Part shown: one piece after another, positions 51,398 through 61,144 of the stretch | Layout of the letters: each line of letters begins with the position of its first letter | How positions within the stretch are numbered: the stretch's first letter is position 1 | Origin: Clostridia bacterium | Lineage (GTDB): Bacteria > Bacillota > Clostridia > RGIG7378 | Assembly: GCA_017559445.1 (NCBI GenBank) | Contig: JAFYSJ010000034.1 | Location: 270 to 64,269, forward strand | Length of the DNA: 64,000 nt | Direction: 5' to 3' | Position numbers and translations under genes: made by a program | The notes under the pieces: generated by a model | What the model saw: only the letters and a program-made list of their open reading frames with translations | Told to the model about the DNA's origin: nothing | Databases searched by the model: none

Positions 51398-51437
51398 CCA
51401 ATAAGCGTTACACGAAAGTGTAACGCTTATTTTTTTA
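51398..51437 (+). terminator. Rho-independent terminator after the tRNA operon
   Basis: AATAAGCGTTACAC-gaaa-GTGTAACGCTTATT + T7. Confidence 0.85.
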
Positions 51438-51548
51438 TCTTCTCTCCCCTAACAATAAAACAGGCCCTCTTTTGAGAACCTGTTAAAATTTACTTATCCT
51501 TTATTACTATAACTAATAACGTATTATAAGGGCATCTCCAAATTTTTT

Positions 51549-51575
51549 TCATCTGTGCCCCCTCCTCCTTTATTC
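51549..51575 (-). pseudogene. Relic duplicate of the RBS + start (AAGGAGGGGGCACAG ATG AAA AAA) of the adjacent LRR gene; remaining ORF is only 18 codons
   Basis: 23/25 nt identical to 53528-53552, which is the genuine RBS/start of the 650-aa gene. Confidence 0.5.
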
Positions 51576-51580
51576 ATTGT

Positions 51581-53533
51581 TTAATAAATTTCATTTTTCT
51601 TTTGCTTAGATAAAATCGATAAAATAATCACAATGTTGATCACCAAACCTACAGTTGCATACACAGTGAACTGCATCACTATATTATTTTCCCACTTCTT
51701 AGCTGGATCCACATACTTATAACCACATGCGCTACAGATACGGGTTTCATTCTCAAATTCATGGTAGGATGTTACTTGTTCACCACATAAATCACAAGTT
51801 CCTGAGTGACTAGAGTTGGAGTACACATTGTATTCCAATATTCGATGGGTTATCGGAATGTCCTCTTGTTCGGCCAAAACAGCACCACACTTGTTGCATA
51901 TTTGTCCATCTGTTCTGCCTAACCTTTTACAAGTAGCTGCATAACCCTCTATAATCCTGATATCATGCTCTTCCTGACAGGAAAAAGCGTACATCTCTAC
52001 AATGTTATAATAATGTTCCAAAAGTTCCTTCCAGCCCTGATTCTCACTAGGATAATAAACCTTAGCTGTAATAGTATATTTCTTACCAATTGAAAACAAA
52101 TGCGGTACTTCCCCGTAAAACCATATTTCTTCTAGATCCGGGCAATTAAACATGGCACTATAACAAAAATTCCTTACTGTCCATGGTATTTCCAGCTTCT
52201 TTATTCCTGAACCTGTAAATGCATTCATTCCTATTGTCTCTAGGCCATTTGGTAAAACAATAGAAGTCAGTCCCTTAACATTAAATGCACACTTGTAATA
52301 TAATTTTATTGTTTCAGGATGCACAACATGCTCACCCACATATCCTTCTGGTATCAAGTACAACATTTTCTCTCCATTGTGAGTGAGGTTGCCATTGTTA
52401 TTACTATAAATCTTGTAGTAAAGAGCTCCATTATATATGACAAATAATTCATTTTCAGATCCCATCGTAAGAGTTCTCAAACTACTAGATCCTTCAAATA
52501 CATCGCTTGCTATACTTCTAACTGAATCTCCAATATACACCTCTTTAAGAGAGGTGCATCCACTAAACAATTGTTTTGGCAGCTTCTTCACTTGGAGTGG
52601 AATCTCAATCTTCTCTATACTTGAACAGTTCAAATAGGCGCCTATTTCCAAGTTTATTAAGCTGTTTGGGAAAACAACTTCCTCTAGGCTAGTACAATTT
52701 TCAAAGGCTTTTTCTCCAATTGTCTCCAAGCCTTCCGGCAGAGGAACTTTTCTTAAATTTACACATCCCGAAAATGCTTTTCTACCTATTTTTACTAAAC
52801 CCTCTGATAAGGAAATTTCCTTTAACTCCAAGCATCCATTAAATGCCTCTTCACCTATTTCCTTAAGATTAGTTCCGATAACAATCTCTTTAAGTTTTTT
52901 ACAATTGCTAAAAGCTTGATTTTTTATTACTTCTACACTATCTGGCAAAACAACTTTTTCTAAACTTATACATCCCTGAAATAAGTATGACGAAATCTCT
53001 TTTATCTCCGCGTTTATGGTAACCTCTCTAAGCTGTTCGCATCCGGCAAAAGCACTATATTCTAAAACTTCTAACTTATCCGATAATGTTACGCTCTTTA
53101 GTCCTGTTTTTGAGAAAGCATTATTTCCAATATATTGAACATTGCTTATATCTATTTCAGATAGATTGTTGCAATATTCAAAAGCATTTTTTCCAATTTT
53201 TGTAAGGCTCTTTGGCAATACAACCTTTTTCAGTGACGCAAAACAATAGAATCCGTATGATTCAATCCCTGTTATTCCCTCATTTATTACAATAGTCTCA
53301 ATGTCGTAAATATAGTATCTCCAACCTGGACGAGATTGAGTTGACTCATAAGCAGATTCTGAGCTCTGTATTTCTCCTGTACCTGATAATGTCAGGACCT
53401 TAGTATTAGGATTATACTTCCAGTATATCGTACCTATATTACCTGAAGTTGCCTCTGCGGAGGCTACACCACAAAAAGCAAGCATACCAACAATCATTAA
53501 AAGCATAAGCGTTATGACCAATAACTTTTTCAT
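51581..53533 (-). CDS. Cell-surface protein: signal peptide, N-terminal BspA-type LRR domain, C-terminal Cys/His modules, C-terminal TM anchor
   Basis: 650 aa; GGAGGG RBS; LRR_5 repeats; C-terminal CQEEHD..CNKCG..CDLCGE..CSACGY then a hydrophobic helix. Confidence 0.85.
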   Translation of the reverse strand: MKKLLVITLMLLMIVGMLAFCGVASAEATSGNIGTIYWKYNPNTKVLTLSGTGEIQSSESAYESTQSRPGWRYYIYDIETIVINEGITGIESYGFYCFASLKKVVLPKSLTKIGKNAFEYCNNLSEIDISNVQYIGNNAFSKTGLKSVTLSDKLEVLEYSAFAGCEQLREVTINAEIKEISSYLFQGCISLEKVVLPDSVEVIKNQAFSNCKKLKEIVIGTNLKEIGEEAFNGCLELKEISLSEGLVKIGRKAFSGCVNLRKVPLPEGLETIGEKAFENCTSLEEVVFPNSLINLEIGAYLNCSSIEKIEIPLQVKKLPKQLFSGCTSLKEVYIGDSVRSIASDVFEGSSSLRTLTMGSENELFVIYNGALYYKIYSNNNGNLTHNGEKMLYLIPEGYVGEHVVHPETIKLYYKCAFNVKGLTSIVLPNGLETIGMNAFTGSGIKKLEIPWTVRNFCYSAMFNCPDLEEIWFYGEVPHLFSIGKKYTITAKVYYPSENQGWKELLEHYYNIVEMYAFSCQEEHDIRIIEGYAATCKRLGRTDGQICNKCGAVLAEQEDIPITHRILEYNVYSNSSHSGTCDLCGEQVTSYHEFENETRICSACGYKYVDPAKKWENNIVMQFTVYATVGLVINIVIILSILSKQKKNEIY

Positions 53534-53646
53534 CTGTGCCCCCTCCTTCTTTTAGTAAGGTATCTCTAACTTTATATTATCATTTACCTAACTTTTCTAC
53601 AATAAAAAATAGCGTCAGCCGAAGCCAACGCTATTTGAATCATCTA

Positions 53647-55407
53647 TTATTCTTCTGTCTTAACGATTGCAATGTGTACATCGTCAAGCTGCTTCTTATC
53701 TACTGGAGATGGAGCATTAATCATGAGGTCAACTGCATTCTTGTTCATTGGGAATGGAATGATCTCACGGATGCTATCCTCGCCTGCCAAAAGCATAACC
53801 ATACGGTCAACACCAGGAGCGATACCAGCATGTGGTGGTGCACCATAGCAGAATGCATTGTACATAGCTGGGAACTTAGCCTTAACATCTTCCTCACCAA
53901 GACCTACAAGAGAGAAGGCCTTAACCATAATCTCAGGGTCGTGATTACGTACCGCACCGGAAGAAAGCTCTACGCCGTTAACAACCAAGTCGTACTGATA
54001 TGCGTTAATTGCAAGAGGATCCATTGTTTCAAGAGCCTCCATACCGCCCTGAGGCATAGAGAATGGGTTGTGGCAGAACTCAAGCTCGCCGGACTCCTCA
54101 CCCATCTCGTACATTGGGAAGTCTACGATCCAACAGAACTCATAGCACTCCTTGTCCATGAGGCCAGGAACCTGGTTACCCAAAGTCTTAATAACTGCGC
54201 CCATAGCCTTCTGTGCGTCACGTGTCTTACCTGCTGTCAACATGATGAAGTCACCAGCAACAAGGCCCATGGACTCAACAACTGCATCGTGGTTAGGAAC
54301 AAGGAACTTGGAGATGCCACCTACGAAAGCGCCTGTCTCGTCAACCTTGAACCAATATGCCTTGTGGCCAGAAACCTGCTCTACGTCTGCACAAAGCTTG
54401 TCGATAACCTTACGTGTCTCTGTGAAGTTATGAACTACTGTAGCCATAACTGTTGCGTTGTCGAATGGACCGAATCCGCAACCTGCTACAAGCTCAGTAA
54501 CCTCTGTTGCCTGAAGCTTAATACGAAGGTCAGGCTTGTCACTACCGTACTTAGCCATAGCCTCTCTATATGGAATACGTACGAATGGAGCTGTAGATGC
54601 TCTGTCATACTTACCATACTTCTCAAATACTGGTGGGAGAACCTCCTCCAATACCTGGAAAACATCCTCCTGAGATGCAAAAGCCATCTCCATATCGAGC
54701 TGGTAGAACTCACCAGGAGATCTATCTGCACGAGCATCCTCGTCTCTGAAACAAGGTGCGATCTGGAAGTATCTATCGAAACCAGAAGCCATGAGCAACT
54801 GCTTAAACTGCTGAGGTGCCTGTGGAAGTGCATAGAACTTACCAGGGTGAAGTCTAGATGGTACAAGGTAGTCTCTAGCGCCCTCTGGAGAAGAACAAGT
54901 CAAAATAGGAGTTGTGATCTCCCAGAATCCCTGCTCTGTCATTCTGTTACGAAGCTCGCTAACTACCTGACAACGAAGCTTAATCTTGTCCTTAACTGCT
55001 GGGTTACGCAAATCAAGGTATCTATACTTAAGTCTAACTGCCTCGTCAGACTCCTTGGATCTGTTGATCTCAAATGGAAGTTCGTTATAAATACACTTGC
55101 CCAATACCTTAATGGACTGTGGAATAACTTCGATATCACCTGTTGCCATGTCGGGGTTCTTAGAAGAACGCTCGCTAACAACACCTGTAATAGAAAGTGT
55201 AGACTCGTTGTTAACGCCAGCAAGCTGAGCCATCATCTCCTCAGAATCTACAACAACCTGTGTCTTACCATAAAAGTCTCTGAGAATAAGGAAACCCAAG
55301 TTCTTAGAAACCTGACGCATATTCTCATACCAGCCAACGATTGTGACTGTCTGACCAACATGAGCTAATCTAAGCTCATTACAATTATGTGTTCTTGACT
55401 GTACCAT
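53647..55407 (-). CDS. aspS: Aspartate--tRNA ligase
   Basis: class-II aaRS motifs (FRDE, GGGIGIDR-like GIAPGVDRMVMLL); N-terminal OB fold MVQSRTHNCNELRLAHVGQTVTIVGW; ATG at 55407 with GGAGGA RBS. Confidence 0.93.
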   Translation of the reverse strand: MVQSRTHNCNELRLAHVGQTVTIVGWYENMRQVSKNLGFLILRDFYGKTQVVVDSEEMMAQLAGVNNESTLSITGVVSERSSKNPDMATGDIEVIPQSIKVLGKCIYNELPFEINRSKESDEAVRLKYRYLDLRNPAVKDKIKLRCQVVSELRNRMTEQGFWEITTPILTCSSPEGARDYLVPSRLHPGKFYALPQAPQQFKQLLMASGFDRYFQIAPCFRDEDARADRSPGEFYQLDMEMAFASQEDVFQVLEEVLPPVFEKYGKYDRASTAPFVRIPYREAMAKYGSDKPDLRIKLQATEVTELVAGCGFGPFDNATVMATVVHNFTETRKVIDKLCADVEQVSGHKAYWFKVDETGAFVGGISKFLVPNHDAVVESMGLVAGDFIMLTAGKTRDAQKAMGAVIKTLGNQVPGLMDKECYEFCWIVDFPMYEMGEESGELEFCHNPFSMPQGGMEALETMDPLAINAYQYDLVVNGVELSSGAVRNHDPEIMVKAFSLVGLGEEDVKAKFPAMYNAFCYGAPPHAGIAPGVDRMVMLLAGEDSIREIIPFPMNKNAVDLMINAPSPVDKKQLDDVHIAIVKTEE

Positions 55408-55456
55408 ATATCCTCCAAAAACCGCATCACACATAGTGACGCGGCCTAAATATCAA

Positions 55457-55810
55457 TTATCTACCTGCCTGCATGGCACGAATGTTCTCGGGATCCCACA
55501 ATCTCTCAAGATCATAGTACTCTCTGTCCTGACGATGGAAAATGTGTACGATAACATCACCATAATCCATGAGAATCCAACGAGCTGTATCTTCACCCTC
55601 AATGTGTGGACGTCTCTCTGGCTCTGCCTTCTCCATAGCCTCCTGGACAGATCCGCAAAGACCTCTGTTATGTGCAACGGATGTACCGCTAACAATAACA
55701 ATATAATCTGTCAATACAGAAACATCTGTAATCTGAATGGACTGAATATCAATACCCTTACGATCATCAAGGGCATCTGTTATAACCTTAAGAATCTCCT
55801 CTGTATTCAA
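55457..55810 (-). CDS. rsfS: Ribosome silencing factor RsfS (Iojap)
   Basis: 117 aa; ..DYIVIVSGTSVAHNRGL..WILMDYGDVIVHIF; TTG start with AGGAGGG RBS. Confidence 0.88.
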   Translation of the reverse strand: MNTEEILKVITDALDDRKGIDIQSIQITDVSVLTDYIVIVSGTSVAHNRGLCGSVQEAMEKAEPERRPHIEGEDTARWILMDYGDVIVHIFHRQDREYYDLERLWDPENIRAMQAGR

Positions 55811-55848
55811 GGTGGTTCCCTCCTAAAAAATAATAGTAAAATGATACA

Positions 55849-56040
55849 TTATTGCGGTGGCAAGGTCAAGTTGTCATCTATTGCTGCAGAGTCTAATTGT
55901 CCTAATAAATTCTGTAAAAGCCCAAAAATCTGCTTTCTAAACAAAAGTGCCAATCCCACCAGCACTGCTGCGATAATAACTACCTCAACAGTCTCTATGC
56001 CATCTTCGTCCCAAATCAAACGTTTTAAAATATGTTCCAC
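55849..56040 (-). CDS. Small Flp/Fap-type (type IVb) prepilin-like protein, orphan
   Basis: 63 aa; ..RLIWDEDG|IETVEVVIIAAVLVGLALLF.. matches the Flp motif (D/E)xxGxTAIEYGLIxALIAV including a G-cleavage site; GTG start adjacent to a GGAGG. Confidence 0.45.
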   Translation of the reverse strand: MEHILKRLIWDEDGIETVEVVIIAAVLVGLALLFRKQIFGLLQNLLGQLDSAAIDDNLTLPPQ

Positions 56041-56118
56041 CTCCTAGCGCCATAAAAATCATAGCAATTCGACAAACATATTTTCAACGGAGAAGTTCCG
56101 ACGATTAACGACAATTAA

Positions 56119-58032
56119 CTACAAGTTCTCAAGTTCCTGAAGCCAAGCTGTTGCCATTGCATCAGAAGGCATCTGCCAATCTCCTCTAGGAGACATGGAT
56201 ACTGAACCAGTCTTTGGTCCCTCTGGCAAGCAAGAACGCTTAAACTGCTGAGCAAAGAATCTGCGATAGAAGTTCTTAAGATAGGACTTAAGCTCCTCAT
56301 CCTCAACCTTACCTGCAAATGCTGCAGATGCAATTCTGTAAACCTTGGATGGTCTATATCCCCATCTAATTGCGTGGTACAGAATAAGGTCGTTAATCTC
56401 ATATTTTCCGATTACTTCCTCAGTCTTTTGAGCGATTACGCCCTGAGAATCTGGAGGCAAAAGTTCTGGGCTAACTGGTGTGTCCAAAACATCCATGAAT
56501 GTCTCCATAAGTCTCTGGTTGCCACACTCCTCTGCATAACACTTAATTACATATCTAATTAAAGTCTTAGGAACTGTGGCGTTAACGCCATACATTGACA
56601 TATGGTCGCCATTATATGTGCACCAGCCAAGAGCCAACTCTGACAAGTCTCCTGTACCTACAACAAGTGAATTCTCCTTGTTTGCTAAGTCCATGAGAAC
56701 CTGGGTTCTCTCTCTTGCCTGGCTATTTTCGTAAGTTACGTCGAACTTTTCGGGATCCTGGCCAATATCTGCAAAGTGATTCATAACTGCATTGCGAATA
56801 TCCACGTGCTTAAGCATTACGCCAAGCTCGCCGCACATTGCAACTGCGTTGTTATATGTTCTATCAGAAGTACCAAAGCAAGGCATTGTCACTGCCAAAA
56901 TATCGCTATGGGGTCTGCTCAAAACATCACATGCCTTAGCAGCCACAATAAGGGCCAAGCATGAATCCAATCCACCAGAAATACCAATTACCAAACCCTT
57001 GCTATGTGTGTGCTGCAAGCGTCTAGCAAGTCCGTGAGCCTGAATGTCCATGATCATGTGGCATCTGTCTCTAAGTTCCTGCTCGTCAGATGGAACAAAG
57101 GGCAAAGTAGAATACTTGCGTGTAAGCTCTGTCTCCTCCAACTTGTCGTAGCTAAAGATAACATGCTCATAGCCATCATCATGCTCTGGCTCAAACATAG
57201 AATTCTCACGTCTCTTGTGAGTAATCTTATCTAAATCAAGTTCTGTTATACAATCTGTCTTAGCAAAGGGCTTGCTCTCTGCCAAAACCGCTCCGTCCTC
57301 GCAAATCAAGTTATGTCCAGCATATACGCCGTTGGATGTGGATTCACCACAACCTGCAGACGCAAGCACATATCCGCACATAAGTCTAGAGGACTGCTCC
57401 ATAATGGTGTTCCTGCGCTTTTTGGCCAAAGTTACAACCTCCGGCATAGCGGACAGGTTAAGAATTACATTAGCGCCATTAAGAACATGGCTGGCAGAAG
57501 GTGCGTTAATAGCTAGAACATCAGTTCCAATTTCCACGGCTACTGCCAGCTGTCCTAGTGTTTCACAATGGAAGATGATCCTGTTGCCAAAGGGAATCTC
57601 CTGTCCCCACATCATGATCATCACTGTTTCGGAAGGTGCCGGAACAAAGAGTCTTCTCTCGTTCTCGCCAGTGCTAGACAAATAAGTCTTAGGAACAAGT
57701 CCCAAAACCTTACCGCCCTTAATAAGAGCTGCCACGTTAAAGAGCTTAGCCTTAATGGACATTGGAAGTCCAACTGCAACTAACACATCTAAGTCGTTGC
57801 TTGCATCCACAATATCCTTAAGCGCCCTAAGAGCACTATCCAATAACTGCTCCTGCATGAACAAGTCGCCGCAAGTGTATCCTGTGATGCAAAGCTCTGG
57901 GAATACTGCAATCTTAACTCCCTTGGCATCTGCATCTCTCATTGCGTTAATAATTGCCTTAGCATTCTCTACTGGATTAGCCAAAGAGAGCTTAGGTGTT
58001 ATTGCTGAGCATTTAATGAAATTATCTATCAC
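56119..58032 (-). CDS. nadE: Glutamine-dependent NAD+ synthetase (N-terminal nitrilase/CN-hydrolase + NAD synthetase domains)
   Basis: 637 aa; CN-hydrolase E-K-C triad context (FPEL, C-ITGY), PP-loop SGGLDS; GTG start with GGAGG RBS. Confidence 0.9.
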   Translation of the reverse strand: MIDNFIKCSAITPKLSLANPVENAKAIINAMRDADAKGVKIAVFPELCITGYTCGDLFMQEQLLDSALRALKDIVDASNDLDVLVAVGLPMSIKAKLFNVAALIKGGKVLGLVPKTYLSSTGENERRLFVPAPSETVMIMMWGQEIPFGNRIIFHCETLGQLAVAVEIGTDVLAINAPSASHVLNGANVILNLSAMPEVVTLAKKRRNTIMEQSSRLMCGYVLASAGCGESTSNGVYAGHNLICEDGAVLAESKPFAKTDCITELDLDKITHKRRENSMFEPEHDDGYEHVIFSYDKLEETELTRKYSTLPFVPSDEQELRDRCHMIMDIQAHGLARRLQHTHSKGLVIGISGGLDSCLALIVAAKACDVLSRPHSDILAVTMPCFGTSDRTYNNAVAMCGELGVMLKHVDIRNAVMNHFADIGQDPEKFDVTYENSQARERTQVLMDLANKENSLVVGTGDLSELALGWCTYNGDHMSMYGVNATVPKTLIRYVIKCYAEECGNQRLMETFMDVLDTPVSPELLPPDSQGVIAQKTEEVIGKYEINDLILYHAIRWGYRPSKVYRIASAAFAGKVEDEELKSYLKNFYRRFFAQQFKRSCLPEGPKTGSVSMSPRGDWQMPSDAMATAWLQELENL

Positions 58033-58068
58033 CTTTTACCTCCAAAGGGGAATGTGTCCCCTATTAGT

Positions 58069-59004
58069 TTATGCCTTTTTCTTAGCTACTACGATAACTA
58101 CAACTGCAACTACTACCAAAACTGCAACTGCAATACCTACATAGAGCCACATGCTTGTTTCTGCTGGCTCCTTAACTTCGTCATTTGTGTCAGGAGTAAC
58201 GTCTGTTGTTGCGTCCTGTGTCTCCTCTGGAGCTGGAGCCTCACCACCAAGTGTTACCAATCCGAAGTTGCCACTTGCGTTATTAGGTCTTGTAACACCT
58301 GTGGGGTTCTCATCCTTGTCCATCTCGATAACGTTCCATCTATAGTCCTCGATAACGCACTCAACGCCCTCGATTGTGCCATAGTCCTCATACATAAACT
58401 CCATAGCAACTGTTGCGCCATCTACGGATGTTGTGGGAGCAAGCTTAACAACTGCGAGCTCGATTACGATGGACTTACCATCCTCAGAAACCTTGCAGGC
58501 AACCTTGTGGTCTACCTCGTCCTCCATATTCTTGTCCTTAACGAAGTTACCATCCTCATCTGTATACTTAAGAGAAAGGGACAAACCAAGCTCCTTAGCA
58601 TCTGAATCGTAGTTCATTGTAATCTGGTAACCATTTGTGTAGCCTTCCTCAAGTGGAGTGCCCTCATCGATATATACCTCAAATGCATCCTCGATGGAAA
58701 TTGCGTCAGCGCCAGTAATGTCCAAGAGGTAATAGAAGTATGTATCGTCGTACATAATCTTAACCTTCTCTGCAGCGCCGTAGTAATTAATATTGCTGCT
58801 TGGATATGGCTGTCTAATCGGAATCTCAATAGGAGTCCATGCAACTGCATCCCATGCATCCTCGATCTCGCCATCTACTGTGATGGTTCCCTTATAAGTT
58901 GTGTAAGTACGCTCTGCGGAACAACCCTCGTCCCATGCAAATGCTGTGGCACCTACTGTAAAAATCATTGAAAATGCAACAAGTAAAGCTATAATCTTTT
59001 TCAT
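58069..59004 (-). CDS. Secreted/anchored protein with signal peptide, a CBM9/DOMON-like beta-sandwich domain (low confidence), acidic linker and C-terminal TM anchor
   Basis: ATG at 59004 with GGAGGA RBS; MKKIIALLVAFSMIFTVGATAFA; ..ITVDGEIEDAWDAVAWTPIEI..; C-terminal hydrophobic helix + KKK. Confidence 0.7.
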   Translation of the reverse strand: MKKIIALLVAFSMIFTVGATAFAWDEGCSAERTYTTYKGTITVDGEIEDAWDAVAWTPIEIPIRQPYPSSNINYYGAAEKVKIMYDDTYFYYLLDITGADAISIEDAFEVYIDEGTPLEEGYTNGYQITMNYDSDAKELGLSLSLKYTDEDGNFVKDKNMEDEVDHKVACKVSEDGKSIVIELAVVKLAPTTSVDGATVAMEFMYEDYGTIEGVECVIEDYRWNVIEMDKDENPTGVTRPNNASGNFGLVTLGGEAPAPEETQDATTDVTPDTNDEVKEPAETSMWLYVGIAVAVLVVVAVVVIVVAKKKA

Positions 59005-59108
59005 ATTTTCCTCCTCTAATGTTGTTACACTATACCCCATAAGAATAGCACCAAATACACGTTTCGACAAAACATTTTATTGAAAATTCGCTAAATCCTT
59101 TTATCCAT

Positions 59109-59140
59109 TGAAATTCCCCGCAAACCCCATATATAATGTG
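59109..59140 (+). promoter_or_regulatory. Sigma-A promoter (TTGAAA-18-TATAAT) driving the glycine riboswitch / agcS
   Basis: hexamers upstream of the riboswitch. Confidence 0.5.
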
Positions 59141-59163
59141 CCCAATTGAATATTCCATGTGAC

Positions 59164-59356
59164 GCTAGCAGGAAATGTTTATACAACCGAAGGAGTAACA
59201 CTCTCAGGTATCCAACTGGATGAGGACCGCTGGCCGATGGAACTTTGGAGAATCCCTTTTTAGGGTGCCGAAGGTGCAAAGCAATCTGCTAATCTCTCAG
59301 GCAAAAGGACAAAGGATTTTATTCACCCATTAAATTGGGTTTACTTTTGTTTTTTA
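59164..59356 (+). promoter_or_regulatory. Glycine riboswitch, tandem aptamers (59164-59312), plus terminator-type expression platform (ACCCA-ttaaat-TGGGT + U-run, 59325-59356)
   Basis: both aptamers show ..CCGAAGG(A/T)G.AA...CTCTCAGG....AGGAC; second aptamer has GGAGAA P1; located before a Na+/Ala-Gly symporter. Confidence 0.75.
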
Positions 59357-59406
59357 TTAGCGGGTCGCCGAGCGCGATTCGCTATTTTGTTTTTCTCGGA
59401 GGATTT

Positions 59407-60939
59407 ATGGGAAAGTTTGTTGAACAGATTACCAACATTAACAACGTGATTAACGAGTTTGTGTGGGTAAAAATCGGTCTTATTTTGTTAATTGGTGCTG
59501 GCGTACTTATGACATGCTGCACAGGTTTCTTCCAGATTGGCCACGTCGGTCTTTGGTGGAAAGAGACTATTGGCTCCATGTTTAAAAAGGATGGTGGCGC
59601 TACTAAGAAAACTGACAGAAAGTCTATTTCTCAGTTCCAGGCTCTTTGCACAGCTTTGGCTGCTACTATCGGTACTGGTAACATCGCTGGTGTTTCTGCC
59701 GCTATCGTAATTGGTGGTCCTGGTGCTGTTTTCTGGATGTGGGTTGCTGCCTTCTTTGGTATGATGACTAACTACTCCGAAAACGTTCTGGGTATGTACT
59801 TCCGCCGACGCAACAAAGACGGTGAGTGGTCCGGTGGTTCCATGTACTTCCTTAAGGATGGTCTTGGCAACTACAAGGGGTGCAAGGCTATTGGTTCCGT
59901 ACTTGCTGTTCTCTTTGCTATCTTTGCCATTCTCGCTTCCTTCGGTATTGGTAACATGGGCCAGATCAACAAGATCACACTTAACCTTGAGTCCGCTTTC
60001 TTTAAGTCTGTAGACCTGGGTGCAGTTGCTGGCGTACCTGTTATTAATTTGATCATCGGCTTTGCTCTTATGGTTGTTGCAGGTCTCATTATCATCGGTG
60101 GTCTTCAGAGAATTGCTTCCTTTGCAGAAAAGGTTGTCCCCTTCATGGCTCTCTTCTATGTAATTGGTGCAGTTATTGTTACAGTTCTTAACTTCAACAT
60201 GCTTGGCGATATCTTCACTTCTATTTTCAAGTTTGCATTTGGTGTTAAGGCTGTGGCTGGTGGTGCTGCTGGTGTAGCAATTAGTCAGGTTATTACTCAG
60301 GGCTGCAAGCGTGGTGTTTTCTCCAATGAGGCTGGTCTTGGTTCCTCCGTTATGGTCCACTCCTCCTCCAACGTTAAGGAGCCTGTTAAGCAGGGTATGT
60401 GGGGTATCTTCGAGGTATTCTTTGATACATTTATCGTATGTACAATGACTGCTGTTGTAGTTCTTTCCTCTGGTGCTATCGACCTTAAGACTGGTGCTGT
60501 AGCTGCTGGCATTAACGATGCAACTTTAGTATCTCAGGTATTTGGTAATACATTTGGTCAGTTTGGTGAGTATTTCGTTGCTATTGCAATGCTTCTCTTT
60601 GCATTTACAACTGTTCTCGGCTGGTCCCAGTACGGTGTTAAGGCTGTTGAGTACCTCATGGGCGCAAAGGCAGTTAACATCTACAAGGTAATCTTCGTAT
60701 TCATGATCATGTCCGGTGCTGTTATGACATCTTCCCTTGCTTGGGATATTTCCGACACATTCAATGGTCTTATGATGGTTCCCAACCTTATTGGTGTTGT
60801 AGCCCTCTTCCCGTTGGTTAGAAAGATTACCAAGAACTATGTTGCAAGACATAAGAAGGGCGAAGATATTGAGCCTATGATCAACTTTGACAAGGCAGTT
60901 CAGGCAGAGGTTATGAACTCTGATGTGGTGGTTGAGTAG
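59407..60939 (+). CDS. agcS: Sodium:alanine/glycine symporter (AGCS family)
   Basis: AGCS signature ..GTGNIAGVSAAIVIGGPGAVFWMWVAAFFGM..; 11-12 TM; ATG at 59407. Confidence 0.88.
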   Translation: MGKFVEQITNINNVINEFVWVKIGLILLIGAGVLMTCCTGFFQIGHVGLWWKETIGSMFKKDGGATKKTDRKSISQFQALCTALAATIGTGNIAGVSAAIVIGGPGAVFWMWVAAFFGMMTNYSENVLGMYFRRRNKDGEWSGGSMYFLKDGLGNYKGCKAIGSVLAVLFAIFAILASFGIGNMGQINKITLNLESAFFKSVDLGAVAGVPVINLIIGFALMVVAGLIIIGGLQRIASFAEKVVPFMALFYVIGAVIVTVLNFNMLGDIFTSIFKFAFGVKAVAGGAAGVAISQVITQGCKRGVFSNEAGLGSSVMVHSSSNVKEPVKQGMWGIFEVFFDTFIVCTMTAVVVLSSGAIDLKTGAVAAGINDATLVSQVFGNTFGQFGEYFVAIAMLLFAFTTVLGWSQYGVKAVEYLMGAKAVNIYKVIFVFMIMSGAVMTSSLAWDISDTFNGLMMVPNLIGVVALFPLVRKITKNYVARHKKGEDIEPMINFDKAVQAEVMNSDVVVE

Positions 60940-61048
60940 TGAACCGCTGCGCTAGTGAGCCGGCTGCGCCTAGTAGGCCGCTGCGCTAGTGAGCCGCTTC
61001 GCTAGTAGGCCGCTGCGCTAGTGAGCCGCAACTGCGTTGCTAGCGCGT
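60937..61048. repeat. Modular repeat array, locus 5 (reverse orientation, ~7 modules) starting at the agcS stop codon
   Basis: GCTAGTGA/GCTAGTAG alternating with GCCGCTGC, GCCGCTTC, GCCGCAACTGCGTT hairpins. Confidence 0.85.
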
Positions 61049-61089
61049 TTCAAACTAAAGGTTGGTTACTAAAACCTGCCAAAAATTAA

Positions 61090-61131
61090 TAAAAAGGAGA
61101 TTAGTTGATGTTCAGCTAATCTCCTTTAATT
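61090..61131. terminator. Bidirectional terminator (GGAGATTAG-ttgatgttcag-CTAATCTCC with A5/T3 flanks)
   Basis: 11-bp stem hairpin between convergent genes. Confidence 0.65.
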
Positions 61132-61144
61132 TGTGTATTAGTAG

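Noticed and set aside
53536-55368. 610-aa plus-strand ORF
   Set aside because: Antisense to aspS across its whole length; Cys/Leu-rich low-complexity product.
59091-59279. 62-aa minus-strand ORF
   Set aside because: Lies antisense within the glycine riboswitch/promoter region; no coding signal.
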